Under the pieces are notes generated by a model. That model did no database searches, had not been told where the DNA came from, and worked only from the letters and a program-made list of their open reading frames with translations. Positions 22,193-29,432 of a stretch of 52,685 nt of DNA are shown here, piece by piece (the stretch's first letter is position 1; each line of letters starts with the position of its first letter). Origin of the DNA: Burkholderiaceae bacterium (lineage in GTDB: Bacteria; Pseudomonadota; Gammaproteobacteria; Burkholderiales; Burkholderiaceae_C); contig JAITWT010000031.1 in assembly GCA_031285125.1 (NCBI GenBank), positions 1 to 52,685 on the forward strand. Reading direction: 5' to 3'. The position numbers were made by a program, and so were the translations under genes.

Positions 22193-22302
22193 AGAAAAGC
22201 AAACGCGCCAAGTCTGTTCTTGCTGCGTTGAACGAGAAATCGAATCACATATACCAACACGCGCATCCGTGGATGCGCCGATCTCGATAGGACAATTGGT
22301 CA

Positions 22303-23574
22303 ATGCACCCGAAAGCCTTGCTCGATGCGGCAGCCGAACTGGTTGCGCGCGTCCTGAAATTTGATCATCCTGCCGACACGGTGGTCTCGCGTTACTTTCG
22401 TGAACGCCGCGAGCTCGGCCAGCGCGAGCGGGCCACGCTGGCTGCAACCGCCTATGTCGTGCTGCGCAAAAAGCTGCTGTTCGCGCACCTTGCGCACTCG
22501 GGCAGCGGTGCGCACGAGCGGCGGCTGGCGATCCTTGGGTTTCATGCGCCGCGCGAGTTTTTGCTCAGTGCGCTTGATGAGCAAGAACGGCGCTGGCTTG
22601 CGGCTTGCGATGCGCTCAGTCCGGATGAGCTGTTTGACCGCCATCATCACAACCTGCCCGAATGGCTGGCCGAGCCCCTGCGGCAGCAACTGGGCGCTGA
22701 ATTTCCGGCATTGGCGCAAGCCTTGCTTGAAAGCGCGCCGCTTGATCTGCGCGTCAATGTCTTGACCGACAAGCGCGCCGATGTGCAAGCCGAGCTTGAA
22801 CTGGCGGCTATTCACGCCACGCCGACGCCTTGGTCGCCCTGGGGTTTGCGTGTACGCAATAAGCCTGCATTAACGCGCCTGAGCGCCTTCGCACGCGGCG
22901 CCATCGAAGTGCAGGACGAAGGTTCGCAACTGCTGGCTCTGCTGCTGGACGCACGGCGCGGCCAGATGGTGGCCGATTTTTGTGCGGGCGCAGGCGGCAA
23001 GACCTTGGCGATAGGTGCCGCCATGCGCAACACCGGGCGTCTGTACGCCTTCGATACCTCGGCGCACAGGCTCGATGCCCTCAAGCCTCGGCTGGCGCGC
23101 AGTCACCTGTCAAACGTGCACCCGACGGTCCTTGCGCATGAACGTGACGAGCGCGTCAAACGCCTCGCGGGCAAGCTCGACCGCGTGCTGGTCGATGCAC
23201 CCTGCTCGGGCCTGGGGACCTTGCGGCGCAATCCCGATCTCAAATGGCGCCAGTCGCCTGAGTTGGTGCGCGAATTGGCCGTCAAGCAGGCCTTGATTCT
23301 CGCCAGTGCAGCGCGTTTGCTCAAATCTGGCGGGCGGCTGGTCTACGCGACGTGCAGCGTCTTGCCTGAAGAAAATGAAGCCATTGCACAAGCCTTTGGC
23401 GCGGCGCACCCGGATTTCCAGCCCTTGGAGGCGTGCGACGTGCTGGCTGATCTGAAAGTAGCGCAGCCTGAAAGCCTGTGCGCGGGCGGCGAATCCGGTG
23501 GCCGTTACCTGCACTTATGGCCGCACCGGCACGGGACGGACGGTTTTTTTGCCGCCGTATGGCAACGGCGTTGA
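22303..23574 (+). CDS. RsmB/NOP-family RNA (cytosine-C5) methyltransferase
   Basis: 423 aa with a NusB-like N-terminal part, the SAM motif DFCAGAGGKT, and catalytic LVDAPCSGLGTLRRNPD and YATCS. Confidence 0.85.
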   Translation: MHPKALLDAAAELVARVLKFDHPADTVVSRYFRERRELGQRERATLAATAYVVLRKKLLFAHLAHSGSGAHERRLAILGFHAPREFLLSALDEQERRWLAACDALSPDELFDRHHHNLPEWLAEPLRQQLGAEFPALAQALLESAPLDLRVNVLTDKRADVQAELELAAIHATPTPWSPWGLRVRNKPALTRLSAFARGAIEVQDEGSQLLALLLDARRGQMVADFCAGAGGKTLAIGAAMRNTGRLYAFDTSAHRLDALKPRLARSHLSNVHPTVLAHERDERVKRLAGKLDRVLVDAPCSGLGTLRRNPDLKWRQSPELVRELAVKQALILASAARLLKSGGRLVYATCSVLPEENEAIAQAFGAAHPDFQPLEACDVLADLKVAQPESLCAGGESGGRYLHLWPHRHGTDGFFAAVWQRR

Positions 23575-23610
23575 AGGCGATGGGGTACTTGCCCTGGCTG
23601 GGGAGGCAAT

Positions 23611-23641
23611 AAAAAAACCGCCAAGTTATGGCGGTTTTTTT
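23611..23641. terminator. Bidirectional rho-independent terminator (methyltransferase / rpmG convergent)
   Basis: AAAAAAACCGCC-AAGTTATG-GCGGTTTTTTT has A-run and T-run flanks. Confidence 0.8.
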
Positions 23642-23667
23642 GTGCGTCAAGCCTAAACGGGCTCAGC

Positions 23668-23838
23668 TTATTTGAGCTTGGTTTCCTTGTACTCGACGTG
23701 CTTGCGCGCCTTCGGGTCGAACTTCATGATCGAGATCTTGTCGGGCGTGGTTTTTTTGTTCTTGCTGGTGGTGTAAAAGTGACCGGTTCCGGCGGTCGAT
23801 TCCAGCTTGATCTTTTCGCGGCTGCCTTTGGTTGCCAT
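23668..23838 (-). CDS. rpmG: 50S ribosomal protein L33
   Basis: Hand translation of the minus strand gives [56 protein letters not shown] (56 aa). This is below the ORF-track length cutoff. It lies 12 nt downstream of rpmB. Confidence 0.93.
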   Translation of the reverse strand: MATKGSREKIKLESTAGTGHFYTTSKNKKTTPDKISIMKFDPKARKHVEYKETKLK

Positions 23839-23850
23839 AGTGGTACTCCT

Positions 23851-24084
23851 TTACGCTTGACCGCGTGCGCGCAAATCGGCGAGCACGGCGTCGATGCCAT
23901 TCTTGTCAATCAGTCGCAGTGCCGCGCTCGAGACGCGCAGGCGCACCCAGCGATTTTCGCTTTCGACCCAAAAACGGCGGTATTGCAGGTTCGGCATGAA
24001 CCGGCGCTTGGTTTTGTTGTTGGCGTGGGAAACATTGTTGCCCACCATCGGGCCTTTGCCCGTTACTTCGCAGACGCGTGCCAT
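23851..24084 (-). CDS. rpmB: 50S ribosomal protein L28
   Basis: [34 protein letters not shown]... is a canonical L28. Confidence 0.95.
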   Translation of the reverse strand: MARVCEVTGKGPMVGNNVSHANNKTKRRFMPNLQYRRFWVESENRWVRLRVSSAALRLIDKNGIDAVLADLRARGQA

Positions 24085-24515
24085 GAGGCGCTCATTCCTT
24101 TAAACAGCCGGCACCCGTGGCAAGCCAATGGCTTGTGAGGAACTCGAGGTTCCCAATGGGGTGGGTTACGGCTTGACCTCGCCAGAAACGGCTGGCGGGA
24201 ACCCGTGGTCGACGTTCATTGCCGACAGAACTCTTGATTATATAGTTTTTTGGGGATTTCCTCATCATCGCCTTATCGTCCCATCATTTCCCCGCCATCG
24301 GCACGATTGGATATGCGCACCGGTTCGACCGTCCGTTGTGCCGGCTGGCGATTTCCCGATTCGACGGCCATGCGCTTGCCCAATGATGCAGGGAAAGGGT
24401 GACCGGCATCGCTGCATTTCGCGCTTCGCCTCCCATTGCGAACCCGGGCGCGCCCGTTCGCGCCGATTCGTATACAGGTTCCCAAGGTCAACGCCAAGTT
24501 GGGCACAATAGTCCA

Positions 24516-25289
24516 ATGAGTACCACCCGCCACGAACTTTTGACGGCTTTTGATCTCCTGCTCAGCCCTGAGCGGTTCCATGATTACGGCCCCAACGGTC
24601 TGCAAGTCGAGGGGCGCGTGCCAGTGCACAAAATCGTCTCGGGCGTGACCGCCTCGCGCGCGCTGATTGAAGCGGCGATTGCCGTCCAGGCCGATGCGAT
24701 CTTCGTGCATCACGGCCTGTTTTGGCGCGGCCAGGATGGGCGCGTGACCGGCTGGATGAAGCAGCGGCTGGCGTTGTTGTTGGCCCACGACCTGAACCTG
24801 TACGCCTACCACCTGCCGCTGGATGCGCACCCCGAGCTGGGCAACAACGCCCAGTTGGGACTGAAGCTGGGCCTGAGCCCCCATCCGGGTGCGGCGGGGC
24901 GCTTCGGCGAGCATGAGTTGGGGTTTATCGGCACGAGCGCGGAGGGCCTGCCCTGGAGCAGCGCCAAAGCGCTGGCGGCGCATGTGCAAAAGCTGACGCA
25001 GCGCCCGGTGACCGTGGTTGAAGGCGCCTCCCGGCCGATTCGCACGGTGGCGTGGTGCAGCGGCGGCGCGCAGGATTGGTTCGAGGCGGCGATTGCCGCT
25101 GGCGCCGACGCTTTTATCACGGGTGAGATCTCGGAACCGCAAACGCATCTGGCGCGTGAGACGGGGGTGGCCTTTCTGGCCTGCGGTCACCATGCAACCG
25201 AGCGCTACGGCGCTCCCGCAGCGGTCGCGCATGTGGCCGCGCAGCTGGGTATCGCGCACGAATTCATCGATATCAACAATCCGGCGTGA
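24516..25289 (+). CDS. Nif3-like dinuclear metal centre protein (YbgI / GTP cyclohydrolase 1 type 2 family)
   Basis: 257 aa with YGPNGLQVEG, DAIFVHHGLFW, YHLPLDAHPELGNN and GHHATERYG. ATG at 24516 lies inside the longer track ORF. Confidence 0.85.
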   Translation: MSTTRHELLTAFDLLLSPERFHDYGPNGLQVEGRVPVHKIVSGVTASRALIEAAIAVQADAIFVHHGLFWRGQDGRVTGWMKQRLALLLAHDLNLYAYHLPLDAHPELGNNAQLGLKLGLSPHPGAAGRFGEHELGFIGTSAEGLPWSSAKALAAHVQKLTQRPVTVVEGASRPIRTVAWCSGGAQDWFEAAIAAGADAFITGEISEPQTHLARETGVAFLACGHHATERYGAPAAVAHVAAQLGIAHEFIDINNPA

Positions 25290-25434
25290 ATGCACTGGGA
25301 ATGAAACGTACCCTCAGCCTCGCGCACTTCTTCGCGGGGCTCGGGCGCGCGCCCTCCGGGGCGCCATTCCAGCGGTCCGGTTGGCTGCGCCAGGATGGCA
25401 GGTCGGGGCTGTGCCGGTTTGATGCAACACGGAT

Positions 25435-26508
25435 ATGAGCGTACCCATCGCAATGAACGTACCCATCGCAATCACCCAGGGCGACCCGGCGGGGATCGGC
25501 CCAGAAATCATTGTTCAGGCTTTCCGCGACGCGCCCGAGGCGCTGCGCGGTTGTTTCGTGGCCGGCGATGTCACCGTGATGCGGCGCGCCTGCCGTGTGT
25601 TGGCGCAAGCCGGCGCGTCAATCGGGCGCTCAGGACTGCGCCTTCCGGTGGCGCGGATCGAAACGCCCGCCGAGGCGCTCGATACGCCACCGCGCTGCGT
25701 GCCGGTGTTGCAAGCGGTCGATCCGGTCGCCGAAGCCGATGTGCCCTTGGGCCAGATCAGCGCCGCCGCCGGGCGCGCGGCGGGTGATGCGGTGGTCTGG
25801 GCGGCGCGCGCGGCGCTACGCGGCGAAATCGCTGCGCTCGTCACCGCGCCGCTGCACAAGGAAGCACTGGCTGCGGCTGGATTTTCATTTCCAGGCCACA
25901 CGGAGTTGTTGCAAGCCGAAGCGGCCGCGCATTGGGGGCGCAGCGTCGCGCAAACGCCGGTGCGCATGATGCTGGCCAACGACGAATTGCGCACGGTGCT
26001 GGTGAGCATTCACATCCCGCTGCGCGCCGCGATCGACGGCCTGAGCGCCGAGAACATCGGGGAGACCCTGCGCATTACCCACGAATCCCTGAGGCGCCTG
26101 CTCGGCCGTGCGCCGCGCATCGCCGTCGCCGGCCTGAACCCGCACGCCGGCGAGGGCGGCCTGATGGGCAGCGAGGAGCAGCGCATCATTGTCCCGGCCA
26201 TCCAAGCGGCGTGCGGCGCGGGGATCGACGCGCACGGGCCGTATCCGCCTGACACCGTCTTCATGCGCGCGCGCGCCAGAAACGGCGCGCCTGGCGAATT
26301 CGACGTGGTCATCGCCATGTACCACGACCAGGGGCTGATTCCGGTCAAATACCTGGGCATCGAACAGGGCGTGAACGTCACGCTCGGCCTGCCGCTGCTG
26401 CGCACCAGCCCCGACCACGGCACCGCCTTCGACCTCGCTGGCACGGGCCGGGCCAGCCCGGCCAGCCTGTTGGCCGCACTGCACATGGCGCGCCAAGCGC
26501 TGCACTGA
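25435..26508 (+). CDS. pdxA: 4-hydroxythreonine-4-phosphate dehydrogenase
   Basis: ITQGDPAGIGPEI, FPGHTELL, AGLNPHAGEGG, MYHDQGLIPVK and TSPDHGTAFD. The start is ambiguous (25435 or 25453) because of an 18-bp duplication. Confidence 0.92.
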   Translation: MSVPIAMNVPIAITQGDPAGIGPEIIVQAFRDAPEALRGCFVAGDVTVMRRACRVLAQAGASIGRSGLRLPVARIETPAEALDTPPRCVPVLQAVDPVAEADVPLGQISAAAGRAAGDAVVWAARAALRGEIAALVTAPLHKEALAAAGFSFPGHTELLQAEAAAHWGRSVAQTPVRMMLANDELRTVLVSIHIPLRAAIDGLSAENIGETLRITHESLRRLLGRAPRIAVAGLNPHAGEGGLMGSEEQRIIVPAIQAACGAGIDAHGPYPPDTVFMRARARNGAPGEFDVVIAMYHDQGLIPVKYLGIEQGVNVTLGLPLLRTSPDHGTAFDLAGTGRASPASLLAALHMARQALH

Positions 26509-26554
26509 GGCGGCGTTCAACCTGGAAACGGCGGTTTTTAGTCTTGCAAAGACT

Positions 26555-27397
26555 TCAGCCTGCCTTGACGGCCTCTCCAACACCGGGGGGAGCGGGGCAA
26601 ACGGACCGCGCCGCGCGCAACCAGCCCAGCCCTTGGCGGGTGCCGTGCGCGGGACGGTATTCGCAGCCGATCCAGCCGGCCCAATGGCCAGCGGCGGCAA
26701 TCTGGTCAATCACGCTGAACAGATAGGGGAAGTTCAGCTCGCCCGCGTCGGGCTCGTGGCGTTGCGGCACCCCGGCGATTTGCAAATGACCGACGCGGCC
26801 TGTGGGCAGATACTGGCGCAGTTGGGTCGTCACGTCGCCCTCCATGATCTGGCAGTGGTACAGGTCCATCTGCACCTTCAGATTTGGCGCGCCCGCTTCT
26901 TCGAGTATCGCGTGCGCCTGGGCCTGCCGGGTCAACAGGTAGCCTGGCATGTCGCGCGTGTTGATGGGTTCGATCAGCAGCTCGACGCCTTCGCGCGCGG
27001 CCTCGGCGGCCGCCCAGCGCAGGTTGGACAGGTAAGTCGGCAGCACCGATTCAGGCGCCACGCTTTCAGGCACGCGTCCGGCCATGACGTGAATGCGCGG
27101 GCAAGCCAGTGTCTGTGCGTAGCGCAGCGCCTGCGCGATGGCGGCGCGAAATTGCGCTTCGCGCCCCGGCAGCGCCGCCAGTCCGCGCTCACCGCTGTTC
27201 CAATTTCCGGGGGAGGCGTTCAACAGCACCTGGCGCAAACCGTTGCCGGCCAGCCGCGCGGCGATTTCGGCGGCGGGCCAGGCGTAGGGAAAGAGGCATT
27301 CGACCGCCTCGAAACCATCGCGCGCGGCGGCCTCGAAACGATCGAGAAAGTCCCATTCGCCATAGAGCATCGATAGATTGGCCGCAAAGCGGGGCAT
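26555..27397 (-). CDS. Hydroxypyruvate isomerase family protein
   Basis: [33 protein letters not shown]... indicates a TIM-barrel sugar-phosphate isomerase/epimerase family member. A GTG at 27412 is an alternative start. Confidence 0.85.
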   Translation of the reverse strand: MPRFAANLSMLYGEWDFLDRFEAAARDGFEAVECLFPYAWPAAEIAARLAGNGLRQVLLNASPGNWNSGERGLAALPGREAQFRAAIAQALRYAQTLACPRIHVMAGRVPESVAPESVLPTYLSNLRWAAAEAAREGVELLIEPINTRDMPGYLLTRQAQAHAILEEAGAPNLKVQMDLYHCQIMEGDVTTQLRQYLPTGRVGHLQIAGVPQRHEPDAGELNFPYLFSVIDQIAAAGHWAGWIGCEYRPAHGTRQGLGWLRAARSVCPAPPGVGEAVKAG

Positions 27398-27421
27398 GGC
27401 AGATTCGCTCACACTTTGTTT

Positions 27422-28555
27422 TCACTGCTTGGGCCACAAGACCCACAAATACAGCGGTTGATTGATGCTGGCGGCCAGGCGTCCGGCTTCGGCGCCGGTG
27501 CCGGCGAAGTAATCGGCGCGCACGGCGCCGGTGATGGCGCTGCCGGTGTCTTGTGCAACCACCAGCTTTTGCAGCCGGAGCGCACCATTGGAGACCAGCC
27601 AGACCGGCGTGCCGTAAGGAATGCTGGCGCGATCAACGGCGATCGAGCGCCCCGCTGTCAGCGGCACGCCTTGCGCGCCCGTGGGGCCTTCACTGAAGTC
27701 GGCGCCGGACAGCGGCTGCTCCTGAAAGAACACATAGCGCGGATTGCTCCACAACAATTGGTCGACGCGCTGCGGGTTCTGTGCCGCCCACACTTTCACC
27801 GCGTCAGGCCAGGGCGCAATGCGGGTCACGCCTTGCGCGCGCAGCCATTGCGTGATGCTGCGGTAAGGCTGATCGTTGGTGCCCGCGTAACGCAGCCGCA
27901 CGGTGCGCTGCGTGCCATCGGGCTCGGTCAGGAGCAGGCGCCCAGAGCCCTGAATATGCAGCATCATGGCGTCGATGGGATCGGCCAGCCAGGCGATTTC
28001 GTGTCCGCTCAAAGCCGCTTGCACCTGCGGCAGGGTTTCAATCTGCTGGCGCGTGAACCAGCGTGGGCGCTCCGTCAAATCGGCCGGTGGTGTGTACAGC
28101 GGTACCGTGAAAGCGCCTCTGCGCGTGCGCATGGCCGTAAAGACCGGCTCGAAATAACTGGTCAGCAGGCCCTGGCGCTGACCGGAGAGCGATTCGATGC
28201 GGTAGGGTTGCCAGTGCGCGGCCAGCCAAGCGCGTTGCTCGCTGGCGCTGGCCAGCGTCAGGTTGCGTAAGTCGTCGCACAGCGGCGCGATGGCGGCATT
28301 CGGACGCATGCAGTTGGTCAACATCACGCCCCAGCCTTGGGCGACCGCTCTGTCGTCAAAACCCGGCAGATCACTCCACGCCACCGGCACCCAACGGCTT
28401 TTCGGGTGTGCCAGCGAGCCGCCTAAAACGTCGGTTGAGTCGGTTGATTCAGCGCCGGGCGGGGTGGATGAGCAGCCGGCCAGTGCAAGGATGGCCGCGG
28501 TGGTGACGGCCACAGCCAAGCGTGCACCGATCCGGCGCAAGAGTTTTATGTCCAT
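27422..28555 (-). CDS. mltA: Membrane-bound lytic murein transglycosylase A (lipoprotein)
   Basis: Lipobox LALAGC follows MDIKLLRRIGARLAVAV. MltA and 3D domain motifs are present (SYFEP..., GSG, QDTGSAITGAVRADYFAGTG). ATG at 28555. Confidence 0.88.
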   Translation of the reverse strand: MDIKLLRRIGARLAVAVTTAAILALAGCSSTPPGAESTDSTDVLGGSLAHPKSRWVPVAWSDLPGFDDRAVAQGWGVMLTNCMRPNAAIAPLCDDLRNLTLASASEQRAWLAAHWQPYRIESLSGQRQGLLTSYFEPVFTAMRTRRGAFTVPLYTPPADLTERPRWFTRQQIETLPQVQAALSGHEIAWLADPIDAMMLHIQGSGRLLLTEPDGTQRTVRLRYAGTNDQPYRSITQWLRAQGVTRIAPWPDAVKVWAAQNPQRVDQLLWSNPRYVFFQEQPLSGADFSEGPTGAQGVPLTAGRSIAVDRASIPYGTPVWLVSNGALRLQKLVVAQDTGSAITGAVRADYFAGTGAEAGRLAASINQPLYLWVLWPKQ

Positions 28556-28650
28556 GACGCCCGATTGTGCTTGAGCCGTGCACAGGCTGGAGTGCCTGGG
28601 CGTACCGCAAAGTCGCGGCATGAAGAGGGGCACGGGAGGGGTCGCTGGAA

Positions 28651-28695
28651 CAGTTTGGGTTGAGATGTGTACAACGCCTCTTGCACTCTGCTTAC
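28651..28695 (+). repeat. Direct repeat copy 1 (CAGTTTGGGTTGAGATGTGTACAAC plus weaker tail)
   Basis: 23/25 identical to 38996-39020, with looser similarity continuing about 20 nt. It coincides with the 5' truncation point of the methylase stub. Confidence 0.8.
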
Positions 28696-28998
28696 GTCGC
28701 ACACGACCTGAGCGCCTGGGCGCAAGACTTGGGCTACGACGGCCCGTCCTTCCCCTTCAACCCCGACCGCCGCGCCACCCTGCGCGCCGAACTCGACGCT
28801 TACTACGCCAAACTCTATGGCCTTACCCGCGACGAACTACGCTATATCCTCGACCCCGCCGACATCATGGGCGCCGGCTACCCCAGCGAAACTTTTCGCG
28901 TTCTCAAAGACAAGGAAATGCGAGAATACGGCGAATACCACACTCAAAGGTTGGTGCTGGCGGCGTGGGATAAATTGGAATCAGGAGATTTGGCATGA
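28660..28998 (+). pseudogene. 5'-truncated remnant (C-terminal ~95 aa) of a large DNA methyltransferase / type IIG-like restriction-modification protein
   Basis: There is no ATG, only a TTG inside the repeat. The tail ...RATLRAELDAYYAKLYGLTRDELRYILDPADIMGAGYPSETFRVLKDKEMREYGEYHTQRLVLAAWDKL matches from memory the conserved C-terminal tail of large fused N6-adenine methylase/restriction enzymes. Nothing upstream encodes the catalytic domains. Confidence 0.55.
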
Positions 28999-29432
28999 GT
29001 GCCCTACCATTTACTGACCGTGAATTAAAGCGGGCATGGCGTGAGCTATCAACCATCGCAACGCCGTCTGCTGGAATCTCTCGTGAAAATCCACATCGTT
29101 TACTGCTTTTCTATGCAGTGGAGTGTGGCTTGAAAGCTGCGTGGCTCAAGCAACAAAGACGTACTCTATTCGACAGCGATGACATCGAAATGACAGGACA
29201 CAGCTTGCGCAAGATACTCAAAGACTTGAAAGTTGGTTTCGATCTCTCGTTGCCTCAAAATCTTCGATTAAATTCTGTCAATCACAATAAAACGGAAATT
29301 CCCCGCAATGGTGATTTTGATGATCTGCATCAGGTATGGCGCTATGGTGGAAAATGCCTGACACCTACCGATAAGGATTGCGAAAAAAGATTGCAAAAAG
29401 TGCTGAACTGGATTCATGGAGAATTGAAATGA
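28995..29432 (+). CDS. 145-aa hypothetical protein with a HEPN-like helical pattern
   Basis: AT-rich ORF whose ATG overlaps the upstream stop (ATGA). It shows the spacing E43-x2-LKA48 ... H69-S-L71 ... R116-Y117 reminiscent of classical HEPN domains (aEkaLKA ... H-x-L ... RYp). Confidence 0.6.
   Translation: MSALPFTDRELKRAWRELSTIATPSAGISRENPHRLLLFYAVECGLKAAWLKQQRRTLFDSDDIEMTGHSLRKILKDLKVGFDLSLPQNLRLNSVNHNKTEIPRNGDFDDLHQVWRYGGKCLTPTDKDCEKRLQKVLNWIHGELK

Noticed and set aside
21586-22266. 226-aa minus-strand ORF in the DUF1178 / methyltransferase spacer
   Set aside because: Its 3' half overlaps DUF1178 antisense and its 5' part is translated REP hairpin sequence. It has no coding-like features.
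26509-26554. Possible bidirectional terminator between pdxA and the hydroxypyruvate isomerase gene
   Set aside because: A T-run (GGCGGTTTTTAG) is present, but I could not draw a convincing stem because the candidate arms mismatch at several positions.
27416-28270. 284-aa plus-strand ORF antisense to mltA, and the similar 333-aa ORF (33189..34190) antisense to galU
   Set aside because: These are shadow ORFs. The opposite strand encodes proteins with clear family signatures.
28578-28973. 131-aa plus-strand ORF (Arg/Pro-rich) overlapping the methylase stub in another frame
   Set aside because: The product is low-complexity (RRPVLPLQPRPPRHPARRTRR...). The alternative frame carries a recognisable conserved protein tail.
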